From Octopus vulgaris (Eukaryota), in assembly GCA_951406725.2 (NCBI GenBank), contig OX597817.1, forward strand, positions 159,774,001 through 159,838,000: a stretch of DNA of 64,000 nt. The letters run 5' to 3'. The position numbers were made by a program, and so were the translations under genes. Shown one piece after another: positions 1-13,139 of this stretch (positions within the stretch are counted from its first letter, which is position 1; each line of letters opens with the position of its first letter). The notes below the pieces were generated by a model that made no database searches, was not told the origin of the DNA, and saw only the letters and a program-made list of their open reading frames with translations.

Positions 1-977
1 TATCAGTGATGGCTATAGCCTAAACAACTGGGAAAAAAGACACTTCCTGCCATCTTGGGAAGATAAACACAAAATGCACAAAGTTAACAATATAGTCACA
101 ATATTGATAAGCACATTAGGGTAACGCTCTGTGTTGAGATGAGACAACCATTCGCAGTGAATTCAGATGATACAAGATATTCATTTATTGGCCAAGTCCA
201 CTTTGGCTGTTTTAACAGATAGACAGCTACTGCATTGGCAGGATGTAGAGAATGGCTGCAGAAATGACTGAAGTGTTATGCAAGTACCATTCCAGTTAAC
301 CATCTAATGGTCAACAGCATGACTCTGTCTAAACAGAGCAGACTAGAGTTATACAACAATAGTAGCAAATTTTGATAATTATGATTATGATTATGATTTA
401 TCATTATCGTCCTAATCAAGAAGTTCACTGCTTTGTGGCTTCTGAGATGTAAACTGGGATTTTATCAACCCCTGGTTTGGTCAACTGGGCAAGAGGATCT
501 ACTGCTGAAAGACCTGAAAGCCTTGAGACTCCAGAAACATCACTGATGACACATCTCAGTGAATCCTTGAGATGTACTTTGGAACTGAATTTCTCATCTC
601 TCGTGTTCTTGTACTCCTTGCTTAACTTTCCTTTTGTAATCTATCTTCACATAATCAAGTCCATTATTTTTAATTTCCTACTTAATTTTGACCAATTTTA
701 AAACAAATTTTAACTACATTTTGTATGTCTTTGATTTCATTTTGGCAAGAATCCAAAATGCTACAGTATAAATTGTTTAAGTTATTAGGATAGACTCTTA
801 AATCTAAAGAAACTAGTGATAGTGTATGATGATGGCAACAAATAGTCAAATACTGAAAGTTCATTTGCCATGTTTCAAATGTTCTCTTCTGAGACTTAGG
901 GAAATCAGAAAACAGTGTTATTATATGGGTTGGAATTGAGTAAGCACAGGAGTTAACATTTAAGGAATACTGGCATT

Positions 978-1095
978 CTGTCAGTTATGACAGTGAGGGT
1001 TCCAGCTGATCCAATCAGCAGAACAGCCTGCTTGTGAAATTTACATACAAGTGGCTGAGTACACCCCAGATGCACAAAACCTTAACGCAGTTGTC
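978..1095 (-). mobile_element. Decayed 3' fragment of tRNA-derived SINE family A
   Basis: Matches gagggttccggttgatccgaatcaacggaacagcctgctcgtgaaatt...gtggctgag of the full copies at 47742-48128 and 57301-57683. Confidence 0.7.
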
Positions 1096-1957
1096 AGAGA
1101 CATAAACAAAACAACACCAGTTGTCAAGCTGTGGCACAGGGGGACAAACAAAAACACAAAGAAACACATGCATACACAAACATGCAGATATATGATGGGC
1201 TTCCACAGTTTCCATCTACCAAATTCACTTTGGTCAACCTGGAAGTATAGTAGAAGACACTTGTCCAAGGTGCCACACATTGAGACTCAACCTGAAACCA
1301 TGTAGTTGCAAAGTGTGTTTCTTGATCACACACACATACATGCATGCATGAGTGCACACACTTTCTATTCTTTATCATTCCTTTCTCACGTTTCTCATTC
1401 AGTTAAACTAGAAGCATTTCTCAGCTTGACTTGGTAACCAGTTGACTAACCTGTTATAGTCAATATAGCACTATTACACATAACTATATCATATCTTACA
1501 GAATGCTGTAACTCTTACCTCACTCTAAATTCCCGGTTCCATGACTGTAATCACCATGCACCATGCACAGTGGAGCAAGAATGATAACACTCATTAGCAT
1601 GAACTACAGCTCTGTCTTCTGTCTTTGTCACCTGTTTGCAGATGTGTCATAGGACTACTTTTGGTTTGTGTGTCACCTGGGCTACACAACAGCTGTCATG
1701 TCTATGTATCAGTAAACAGCTTTATCTGATCGCATACTCAGACTATGCCATCTTCTCAGTGTCTCATTCTACTTCTTATAAGCTCTATCTTCTGTCAGTA
1801 GTCTTATTCTACTATGAAGGGTCCACTTTACTGGCCCATAGGCTTATTCAACTTGTAATAAATTAATTCTACATTTAATAGGTTAATTCTACAAGTAGTA
1901 TTTTGTGATGGTCATTATGCCAATATTCATAACACATGCACTGGTTCAATTCTACTT

Positions 1958-2300
1958 CATCATCATCATCCACTTTTTAACATCCATTTACCATGCTAGC
2001 ACGGGTTGGACGATTTGACTGAGGACTGGCGAACCAGATGGTTGCACCAGGCTCCAATCTGATCTGGCAGAGTTTCTACAGCTGGATGCCCTTCCTAACG
2101 CCAACCACTCTGAGAGTGTAGTGGGTGCTTTTACGTGCCACCGACACAAGGGCCAGTCAGGCGGTACTGGCAACGGCCACGCTCAAATGGTGTTTTTTAC
2201 ATGCCATCTGCACAGGAGCCAGTCCAGCGGCACTGGCAACAACCTTGCTTGAATGTTTTTTCATGTACCACGAGCAAAAATACCAGTAAGGCGACACTGG
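1958..2300 (-). mobile_element. 5'-truncated RTE LINE 3' UTR copy
   Basis: (cat)n tail, catgctagcacgggttggacg and cagctggatgcccttcctaacgccaaccactc, as at the 3' end of the full RTE (38737-38930). Confidence 0.85.
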
Positions 2301-2437
2301 TAGGTTACATATCCAACTAACTAATCGAGTTTAATTTGGTTCAACAGTAAGTTGTTTGTTTATGAATAGGTTCATCCCACTGGTCATAAACTTATTCAAC
2401 TACTAAGTTAGTTCTGCTACTAATAGGCTTTAATAGG

Positions 2438-2668
2438 TTAACCCTTTTGTTACCATATTTCTGATGAAATACAATGTCCCTTGTTACAGTTAATTTTGAA
2501 AATATCAAAATATTTAGTGGAACAACTTTGTCACTATTAAGTTGGGGTTTGGAACATAACACGAAAGTTTGGTGGAAGGATTTAATTTAGATTGCTTTGG
2601 AAAAGCAAGTTTATATCCTAGAGCCAAGGGCTGCTTTGGGTGGGGTTGTTTATAGTAAAAAGGTTTAA
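2438..2668. mobile_element. Putative piggyBac-like MITE (TTAA-bounded)
   Basis: Starts ttaacccttt and ends aaaggtttaa; similar ends at 25890-26021, 48302-48651 and 55968-56611. Confidence 0.45.
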
Positions 2669-2707
2669 TCTGCTACTAATTAGCTCATTCTACAAACCAT
2701 TGGTTTA

Positions 2708-2951
2708 TCTCTCTATATATAAATGGCAGTTTGTCTGTCTGTGTGTCTGTCAGGTTGTACCCTCACCCTGACCACGGCTTTCAACCGATTCTGATGAAAC
2801 TTGACACACACGTAGCCCAATGTCATAATTCAAAACCAAAGCAGGGAAAATTTTGAAAAGTTCCCCCAGTTCTGAAAAAAAATCGATAAATTCGACATGG
2901 GTCGAGAATCTAAGCTTTTTATATGCAACACATTTTCTACAGACTGTCTAG
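2708..2951 (+). mobile_element. Short non-autonomous Helitron
   Basis: A^TC start followed by tatatataaa, (ctgt)n and accgattctgatgaaacttg, typical of non-autonomous Helitron 5' ends; ends CTAG^T; 3' hairpin is degenerate. Confidence 0.6.
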
Positions 2952-3417
2952 TGGGTCCAATAGAACTATAAAGAAAGACATTCCACCTAACCCAGCCAGA
3001 AGAATTCATAAACTTTTGACAGAATGTGAAATAATGTTTTCTTGGAATATTGGCTCATGAGGCACATCACATAAAGCTAGAAATAATAGCATATAAATAT
3101 TGGGTCGAAAAATCCTTTTGGATAGAAATAGTCAAAGGCTGCCTGCTAAAGCTCTGATTTAGAAATGTAAATAAAGTAACATCAGTTGTCAAGCAGTAAA
3201 AGGACAATCACAAAGACACCTGTACACACACACACACATATATATGTATATATATGACAGGCTTCCACACAGTTTCTGTCTTCCAAATTCACTTACAAGG
3301 TGTTGGTCAACCTGGGGCTATAGTAGAAAATGCTTGCCCAAGGTGCTGTGTAGTGGGACTGAACACAAAACCATGTGGTTGCAAAGCAAGCTTCTTAACT
3401 ACACACTCATGTTGTTG

Positions 3418-3463
<46 letters not shown>

Positions 3464-3464
<1 letters not shown>

Positions 3465-3860
3465 TAGCAGTATTGCCCGGCGTTGCTCGGGTTTGTAAAG
3501 GAAATAACTATATAAGCATTTTTAGAGTTATAGCCAAAAAATAGCAAAAAAATGCATTAAAAATGGAAAAAAAATGACGGTAAATTTTTTTTTAAATTGT
3601 TGAACTCATCGTAGACATTTTTAGAGAGTTACTTCCCTTATATAATAGCGAAAAAATGCATTAAAATGGAAAAAAATGATGGTAAATTTTTTTTTAAATC
3701 GTAGACTCATCGTAGACGCGTGCTAATACCCAGAAGGGCTCGATATGAATCACGACTATAAGATACCCGGTTTTGGTTAAACTGCACCGCAAAATGCTGG
3801 AGTAGTTAGGAATCTAAATCGTAGGAGACAGACACACAACTTCACTTTTATATATAAAGA
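3464..3860 (-). mobile_element. Complete non-autonomous Helitron (397 bp)
   Basis: Minus strand reads A^TCTTTATATATAAAAG...CCCGAGCAACGCCGGG (hairpin 3476-3491), 8 nt, CTAG^T; inserted at AT within (TA)n with no TSD; internal ~70 bp duplication. Confidence 0.88.
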
Positions 3861-3996
3861 TATATATATATGCAAAGAGAGAGGCGAAAGAGAGAGAGAG
3901 AGAGTGGGAAGGAGAGAGAAAGCAATGCATATATAGATAGATAGATAGATACATGCATACATACATATTCACATATATATATAGATATATATATTT

Positions 3997-4034
<38 letters not shown>

Positions 4035-5043
4035 TATGGCTGGGTCAGATGGAATGTCTTTCTTTATAGTTCTATTGGACCCAGGCTGATTTGAGCTTAA
4101 ACAACAACCACAGTAGCACCATGATTTAAGAAATGTAGAATGGACAGAAATAATGGGTTAATACAGTGAATGTATGCGAATATATGACATTGCAGTGTTC
4201 TGTTGTTGTTGTTGTTGTTTGGCCCCAGGTCAGTTGTGATTGTACAGACAGAACTATGATCAAAGGAGTGCATGCTGTGCCCATCCTGTTTTGTTTTTCA
4301 GGCATAATAGTGTATTTAGGACTGTTTATTATCCAATATACACTTGCACATATAGGTTTAAGTGTAGATGGTTGAGAATGCAATCTACTTGAGATGTGGT
4401 AATATACAAGGATGAGTGTTGTAATGAAGTGTTTTGACAATGTCAACAACAACTACATCAACAATAACAACGCATAGATCTTGATTCATGTATGTTATTT
4501 TATTTATTTTAACGCTGTTCCCCTCTTCACCGCTCCTGCCCTCTGCACATACAAACGCACGCACACCAAGCCATGCACGTACACTATTTAGACTCTTCTA
4601 GAGAGGAAAAGTGGAAGTGAGATAGATGAAAAAGATTAGTGTATTTATGTATGTTGACTAAACAGTACTTGCTAATCAGGCATAGAGGACTAAATAATTA
4701 CATTGTTCTCTTACTTAGGTGACCTAATGAGTGCTGGTCACCAAGGTTAATAGTTTGAAGAGGTCAGTACCAGTGTTTAAAGAGACTCTGTCTTGTCTAT
4801 GGTGAACTACAGCTGTTTTCCTTCTTGATATCATAACTGATCTTGCTATTTGTCATCCAATAAAACTCTATTATTTGGGCATTTTTTTTTTCCTGTACTG
4901 CATCATAAGCAATATATGTGTATGTGCATGTGTATATGTGTGTGTATGTGTGTGTATATATGTATATACATACGTATATATAAATTATGATATATAATAT
5001 ATATGTATAATAGATTATAATATATATATAAGATATATATTAT

Positions 5044-5327
5044 AGATATTGTTATATTTTGGGATGGTCATTTTTTCCTTTTTTGCCAAATAAACACACT
5101 ATATATTCGTTCTTCACTTTAGATTTATTTTGTTCTTATTTTATGTCCTTTGTCTGGAGATCTTTCATCACACATCCTGTGACCTCTTTGGTGAGTTGTG
5201 TGACAAAAGATTTCTAGACAAAGGACATAAAATAAGAACAATGATTAATCCAAAAGTGAAGAACAAATATATAGCATGAATTTATTTGGCAAAAAAAAAA
5301 TGACCATCATGAAATGTAGCAATATCT
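5044..5327. repeat. Imperfect palindrome: ~130 bp arms, 22 nt loop
   Basis: Arm 5044-5174 (agatattgttatattttgggatggtca...ttgttcttattttatgtcctttgtct...tcacaca) mirrors arm 5197-5327. Confidence 0.85.
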
Positions 5328-5411
5328 GTTTGAACACACGATTTCACATCAGAAATCTTGCAAAACAAATACATAAATGTGTGTTATGTATGTATTATAT
5401 AAATAATGTAT

Positions 5412-5750
5412 ATATTCTTTTATTTGTATCAGTCATTTGACTGTGGCCATGCTGGAGTATCACCTTTAGTCGAACAAATTGACCCCAGGACTTATTCTTT
5501 GTAAGCCTGGTACTTATTCTATTGGTCTCTTTTGCCAAACCACTGAGTTATGGGGACATAAACACACCAATCTCTGGGGTGACAAACACAGACACACACA
5601 TACATACGATGGGCTTCTTTCAGTATCTGTCTACCAAATCCACTCATAAGGCTTTGGTTAGCCTGACTTGCCCAGGGTGCCACTCAGTGGGACTGAACTT
5701 GGAACCATGTGGTTAGTAAGCAACCTACTTACCACATGGCCATGCCTGTG
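5412..5750 (-). mobile_element. SINE family B copy
   Basis: Reverse complement of the 12291-12710 element (tgactgtggccatgctggag...gggactgaacttggaaccatgtggttagtaagc). Confidence 0.75.
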
Positions 5751-5751
5751 C

Positions 5752-5804
<53 letters not shown>

Positions 5805-5884
5805 TATGAACAGCCACTGTATATATGTATGTATGTATGTAATTTAAGAGGTGGTGGTGGTTGTCATGGCAGTGAAATAATCAC

Positions 5885-6144
5885 TTAACATCATTGGTTG
5901 AATGGCCACTTTACCATGCTTGTATGGGTGAGATGAAATGTGTTGAGGTAGATTTTCTATAATTGGAAACCCTTCCTGTTGCCAACCCTCGTTCGTTTCT
6001 AAGCAAGGTAATATTTCCGCATGGCTAGGTATATTCATGTAGAAGATTGGAAATGGACAACACCACTTGTAAGGCAGTGATGCTTATTTTGCAGCCATCA
6101 TGTTTTGTCAAGACAAGGAAACACAAACACATGTATGCTCTCAT

Positions 6145-6187
<43 letters not shown>

Positions 6188-6350
6188 AGGATTGCTTTCA
6201 GTTTCTGTCGACCAAATCCATTTGCAATGCTTTGGTTGGCCTGGGGTTATAGTAGAAGACACTTCCCTAAGGTGCCTTAGTAGGAGTGAACAAAAAGAAC
6301 GAGATGGCTGGGAAGGAAACATTTTTATCCACACAGTCATGCTAATGCCT
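5885..6350 (-). mobile_element. SINE with family B head and RTE-type tail
   Basis: cccttcctgttgccaaccctc...ttctaagcaaggtaatattt tail plus tagtagaagacactt head; same layout as 32952-33390. Confidence 0.65.
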
Positions 6351-6789
6351 AGTATATTACTGGTATCTATTTTATAATCCAAAGTGGCCCTGGGTCAGGT
6401 TTCCATTATAGATCTGTCTGCTTGATTAGGTTTGACCTTTGGTTTAACAACAACAGCAACTATAACCATTACAACCTAATAAAGGAGCTTTTACGAGGTT
6501 TCAAGAAAGGATACATCGGATAATGTTGTCCTTGATATATCATGACTGTGAAAAAAGATGCAGTACACATGGTTGGAACTCCTTTAGTCATATGCCCCTT
6601 TGATCAGGGCTGACCTGGAACTAAACAATAAGAACTGGAAGTGCATGAATCTAGCCAAGAGCTCATGCAAAACACTTGGGCTAGGATCCCATTGAAGATA
6701 TGATACAAGACTAGGATCTGTGGAAGGTTGCTGCTTTAGAAACCCACCTAACCCAGCATAAACGAAACTCTGTGAAGTGTTTGGGATTT

Positions 6790-7150
6790 AAAAGTGTATG
6801 AAAACCATGCCAAAGCAAACCTTGTTGGTGCTGGTGCTAGTGCCGCGTAAAAAGCACACAGTCTACTTTGTAAAGAGGTTGGTATTTGGAAATGTATCCA
6901 GCTATAAAAACTATACCAAAGCAGACCTCGCTGGTACTATTGCTATGTAAAAAGCACCCAGTACACTTTGTAAAATGGTTGGCATTAGAAAGGGCATCCA
7001 GCCATAAAAACCATGCCAAAACAGACTGGAGCTTGGTGCAGTCTTCTTGCTTACTAGCTCCTGTCAAACCATCTAACCCATGCCAGCATGGAATATAGAC
7101 GTTAAATGATGATGATGATGATGATGATGATGACGATGATAACGATGAAT
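6790..7150 (+). mobile_element. RTE 3' UTR copy
   Basis: ggttggcattagaaagggcatccagc...ccatgccagcatggaatatagacgttaaa(tga)n. Confidence 0.75.
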
Positions 7151-7665
7151 AAACGTATCATCATCATCATCAGAGAAAATTTGTTGAAGCAAATATCTGT
7201 TCTGTTGTCAACTTTCACCTGTTTTCTATTAGTATTTCTGATGGAAGGAAATGAACAATATGGTTCATATGACAGTGATACTCACTCATGAGTTGTCAAG
7301 ACAAGTGTACACACATACACACACAAACATATGTATGTACAAACACACACACTCAACAGGCTTCTTTCAGTTTCTGTGTACCAGAGCTACTCAAAAAAGC
7401 TGTGGCTGGCTCAAAGTTATAATAGAAGACACTTGCCCAAGGTGCCGTACAGTGGGACTGAACCTAAGACAACATAGTTGGAAAGCAAGTTTCTTAACCA
7501 TGCAGCCATTGGATTGAAACAGGAATTATAGAACAGACCTGATGTTTTTGTTGGTTATAAGTAGGAGAAATGACATTAGGTATAACTTCACAACTGTAGT
7601 AAATAAGAGACTGTCAGCAGTCTTCCATGCAACAAACTGACACAGGTAGAGAGTATCAGCTGGTG

Positions 7666-8038
7666 TGGAGGCGCAATGGCCCAGTGGTTAGGGCAGCGGA
7701 CTCACGGTCGTAGGATTGCAGTTTCGATTCCCAGACCGGGCGTTGTGAGTGTTTATTGAGCGAAAACACCTAAAAGCTCCACGAGGCTCCGGCAGGGGAT
7801 AGTGGTGATCCCTGCTGTACTCGTTCACCACAACTTTCTCTCACTCTTACTTCCTGTTTATGTTGTACCTTGTATTTGAAAGGGCCGGCCTTGTCACTCT
7901 CTGTGTCACGCTGAATATCCCCGAGGGTACACGTGTCTGTGGAGTGCTCAGCCACTTACACGTTAATTTCACGAGCAGGCTGTTCTGTTGATTCGGATCA
8001 ACCGGAACCCTCGTCGTCGTAACCGACGGAGTGCTTCC
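7666..8038 (+). mobile_element. Full-length tRNA-derived SINE family A with 11-bp TSD
   Basis: A-box tggcccagtggtt, B-box gtttcgattccc; TSD atcagctggtg at 7655-7665 and 8039-8049. Confidence 0.92.
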
Positions 8039-9350
8039 ATCAGCTGGTGGTGTTATTTCTACCAGTTCTTTCTCTGCTAGGACCACGAGGGAAGCCTGAG
8101 AAGTCTTTTTAGGTAATATGTTCTGAAAATAGAAGGCATATATCAATGATGTTACAGAAGAATTTAGAATTAATTTTGACTGGCCATCACCTTGGTAGCA
8201 AAGTTGTGAAGGACAAAATCGTGTTTTGTTCAGTGTACCTTAAATCTCGACAAGGCCTCACAGATTTTTATTGTCCCAGATATCATGATTGTTAGTAGCT
8301 TATGAATTAAAGAGTTGTATTCTCTTCTCCAAAAAAACCAACCCATATCACTTGTGCTACTGTGAATGCATGTATATATGGGCATTTACATGTGTATGTA
8401 ACTGTGTGCGTGTGTCAGTGTATGTGTATATGAATTTCTACAGCATACATCATCATCACCATCATTCAATGTCTATGTTCTATGCTGGCATAGGTTGGAC
8501 AATATGCTGAAATTACTAACCAGTAAGGGAACCCATATATGATCTCTTGATCTGTTTAAAATAGCAACCAAATCTTCAACATATCGCACCCTTCTGACAT
8601 AAAATCAGAAAGATGTATTGAATAATGTAGTGTTAGATACAGTATGACTGAATGAAATATAGCATAGTCATGTCTAGGATGTGTGACCTTGTTGTCGGGG
8701 TGTTGCACTAACAATTGTTAGATCGCAGTTTCAATTTCCAGATCAAGCAGTGCATTATGCCCTTCAACAAGACACTTCATTTCACATTGCTCCACTCCAC
8801 TCAGCTGTAAATGAGTAAACCTGTGATGGGTTGGTGGCATCCCATTCAGAGGCAATATCATAATCTTGGACACTTATAAACCATAGGAACTGGGTAACTG
8901 GTCTGAATAGTCTTAGGACTCAAGATAGACCAACCCAATGAGGATGGCACAACTTTGGTCATTTGTCTGCTTACTCAGAGTTGACTTAAAGCTAAATAAC
9001 ATTTCAGTGTTCATTACAGTTGGGATGTGCTACACCCAAGTGGGTGTTTACTAAAAAGGAGTAACTCCCTGTTTTGTTAACTGCAGCGTTATCAATAGCT
9101 GAAATAACATATTTTCTCCACAAAATAAATAGTGTTGGCATTTTTCTTTTAGGACAACTTTGTTACTTCTATGTATCGTTGCAAGTTCTCTCAATCATTG
9201 TTGGAATTCCAGATCCTGTTGGGTGTTCCTAATATTAATACTAATACCACTGTTGTTCCTAATATCTATCATTGTTGTTGGGATGACAGCTTTATTGGGG
9301 ATAGTAAGAGAGTTTGAAGTGATGTTGAGAGGAATTTGGTATACACACAC

Positions 9351-9389
<39 letters not shown>

Positions 9390-9399
9390 TGCAATACAT

Positions 9400-9440
<41 letters not shown>

Positions 9441-9899
9441 CAATACATGCACACACACACACACATACACACACACACAATACATGTACACATGTATGCC
9501 AACATACATACATGTGCATATCAAAACACACATTTAGACACAAAACACACACAAACAGAGTTATATATACACACACACATCTTCATCCTGAGAAACATCC
9601 TAAAATGAATTGCTTGTAGGCAACAGCACAACTTATCTCTGGCTGGAGACTGGATAATGATAATAATGATACAGTTCTATAGTTAAGAGATGAGGAAGTA
9701 TGTACATTATTTACATCTGACGGATATTTGTCCTCATCTTGCTTGTTGTTATTAGTCTCGACATCTATAACAGGAAAGTTAGATGGTTTGAAAGACGAGC
9801 TAGTTTTTGATGGAGTTTCTCTATATTTCTCCATTGAAGTCTGATGTCGGCTAACAACAAAGATGGGGACAAATATCTGTCAATTGTAAATAGTGTAAA

Positions 9900-11100
9900 T
9901 AATGTAGATAGTAATGATATTGATGATTGTAATGATTGTAATGACAGTGACAACAGCAGCAATGGTGGTAGTGGTAGTGATGACGATGTTGATGATGATC
10001 ACTATGACAGCAGTAGTGGTGGTAGGGAGGAAAACAATGACGACAATGGCGATGATGATGACAATGATGACAATAATGATGATAATGGTGGTGATGATGA
10101 TCATGATGATGACGACAACGACGACGATGATGACAATAATAACGACAATAAGAAGAATGATAATGATGATGATCATCATCATTATCATCACCACCACCAC
10201 CAACACCACTACCACCAACACCACCACCACCACCACCAACACCACTACCACCACCACCAACACCACTACCACCACCACCAACACCACTACTACCACCACC
10301 AACACCACTACCACCACCACCAACACCACTACTACCACCACCAACACCACTACCACCACCACCAACACCACTACTACCACCACCACCACCACCAACACCA
10401 CCACTACCACCACCACCAACACCACTACTACCACCACCAACACCACTACCACCACCACCAACACCACTACTACCACCACCAACACCACTACCACCACCAC
10501 CAACACCACTACTACCACCACCAACACCACTACCACCACCACCACCACCACCACACCACCACCACCAACACCACTACCACCACCACCAACACCACTACTA
10601 CCACCACCATCACTGTCACTGTGGTGATAGTCTACCACCACCACCATCACCACCACTACCACCACCACCAACACCACTACTACCACCACCAACACCACTA
10701 CCACCACCACCACCACCACCAACACCACCACTACCACCACCACCAACACCACTACTACCACCACCAACACCACTACCACCACCACCAACACCACTACTAC
10801 CACCACCAACACCACTACCACCACCACCAACACCACTACTACCACCACCAACACCACTACCACCACCACCACTACCACCAACACCACCACTACCACCACC
10901 ACCAACACCACTACTACCACCACCAACACCACTACCACCACCACCAACACCACTACTACCACCACCAACACCACTACCACCACCACCAACACCACTACTA
11001 CCACCACCATCACTGTCACTGTGGTGATAGTCGTTATCATCATCACTATCATCATCATGGTTGTGGTAGTGATGGTGGTGGTGGTGGTAGCAGTGGTGGT
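9900..11100. repeat. Compound trinucleotide (gat/cac/caa/tac) satellite with 18/36-bp higher-order units
   Basis: caccaccaacaccactac reiterated over 10188-11010; marker catcactgtcactgtggtgatagtc occurs twice (~10608 and ~11008). Confidence 0.9.
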
Positions 11101-11842
11101 GATAAATGTGTCAGCTGTTGAGTGTCTTGCAACAGACAACACTGTGAGAGTCAGGTAACTGATGAGGAAGGAAAAGTGATATTAATGCAAGTGTTCTTTC
11201 TCGTTAAACAAGGTCTAATATTAATTTCTATCAAGGTTTTGATAAATACTTTGATAATTCAGCTTAACTTGCCTACACCCACACACATACACACACCCAC
11301 GCAACCAAACACACACATCCTATACACATATATATTCAACAGATTCTCTTTTCTTTATGTTTAAATATTATGTGTTCATACAATATATGTTTTGCTAAAA
11401 ACTTTTTTTCCTTATCATCTATCATATGAATGTTTAATTACCATCATCATTATATTCCGCCTTCCCCCCTCCTCCCTTCCCTCCCCCACCTCCTCTTTCT
11501 CCACCTCCTCCTCATCGTCATCATCATCATTGTCATCATTAGTATCATCTTCATCATTATAATCATCGTCGTCATCATCATCATCATCATCATCAATCAT
11601 TTTACTGTCTATTTATCCATGCTTACCAGTTAGACAAATGTTGTTGAAGTCGATGTTTCTATGGTCTGATGCTCCTTCTGTCACCAACCTTCACATATTT
11701 CCAAGTAAGATAATATTTCCTCTTTTACATGCAAACAGTGAACAGCTCCATGGGTGATCATGCTTTTGCAGATAATTTGAAATAAAAAAAAAAAGACATG
11801 ATTTTGTAAGATGCTAACTTTTGATTACAATTACCATGTGTG

Positions 11843-11997
11843 GGCATGGCTGTGTGGTTAAGAAGTTTCCTTTTCAACCACAAGGTTTCAATTTCAGCCC
11901 CAATGCATCGTATATTTGGCAAGTGTCTTCTACTATAACCCTGGGTTAATCAAAGCTATGCAAGTGGCTTTGGTAGACAGAAACTAAGAGAAGGCCA

Positions 11998-12034
<37 letters not shown>

Positions 12035-12285
12035 GTGTGTGTGTGTGTGTGTATGTGTTGTGTGTGTGTGTGTGTGTCTCCTTGTCTTGACAATGTGATA
12101 GTTGCAAATGAGTGTCTCTGTCATCGTAAGCAGTATCATTCCTTTCTAGTATTTTGTGAAACCATGTCTGGCAATGGGAAATACTAACATGGAACTTGCT
12201 GACAGTTGGTAACATGAAGGGCATCTGGTCACAGAAAAATCTCCATGAATATACTCTTTCTGACCCATGTATGCAAGAAAAGAAG
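11843..12285 (+). mobile_element. SINE with family B head and RTE-type tail
   Basis: ggcatggctgtgtggttaagaagttt head, (tg)n, then gaagggcatctgg...gacccatgtatgcaagaaaa. Confidence 0.7.
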
Positions 12286-12290
12286 ACACA

Positions 12291-12710
12291 GGAGTAGCTG
12301 TGTGGTAAGTAGCTTACTTACCAACCACATGGTTCCGGGTTCAGTCCCACTGCGTGGCACCTTGGGTAAGTGTCTTCTACTATAGCCTTGGACTGACCAA
12401 AGCCTCGCGAGTGGATTTGGTTGACGGAAACTGAAAGAAGCCTGTCGTATATATGTATATATATATATATATATATGTTTGTGTGTGTGTATATGTTTGT
12501 GTGTTTGCGTTTGTCCCCCCAACATCATTTAACAACTGATGCTGGCGTGTTTATGCCCCTGTAACTTAGCAGTTTGGCAAAAGAGACTGATAGAGTAAGT
12601 ACAAGCTTACAAAGAATAAGTCCTGGGGTCGATTTGCTCAACTAAAGGTGGTGCTCCAGCATGGCTGCAGTCAAATGACTGAAACAAGTAAAAGAGTAAA
12701 AGAGAGAGTA
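12291..12710 (+). mobile_element. Full-length tRNA-derived SINE family B
   Basis: tagctgtgtggtaag A-box, ggttcagtccc B-box, ccttgggtaagtgtctt core, (gtaaaaga)n tail; near-identical to 56097-56526. Confidence 0.9.
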
Positions 12711-12965
12711 AGGAGTTAAAAATTATGAAAAAATGATATATGAAGACAATGGAAACACACCCACATACATATTCAAAGAGCTTCTTTCACTTTCCGTTTC
12801 CCAAATTTCACTCACCAGGTGCTAGTCAACTCATGGCTGTAGTAGAAGACACCAGCCGTCTGTCAACGCATTAAGAGCAAATCCTAAATTACATAATTTT
12901 GTAGCAACTTGTTAATCGTATGTCCAGTCCTATTACCAATACTATGAAATATGAAATATGAAATT

Positions 12966-13006
<41 letters not shown>

Positions 13007-13040
13007 AAACACCATCATCATTACCACCACCAGCAATGTG

Positions 13041-13081
<41 letters not shown>

Positions 13082-13139
13082 TGTTTTACATCTGGTTTTT
13101 TTTTCAATACTTGAACACGTAGGAAGGGCCTTCTCTATC

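Noticed and set aside
1-960. Possible host exons
   Set aside because: Only short open frames with no recognisable homology or paired splice sites
9844-11142. 425-aa His/Asp-rich ORF and overlapping poly-Thr and poly-Val ORFs
   Set aside because: Open in several frames only because the trinucleotide repeat lacks stops; no domain or splice support
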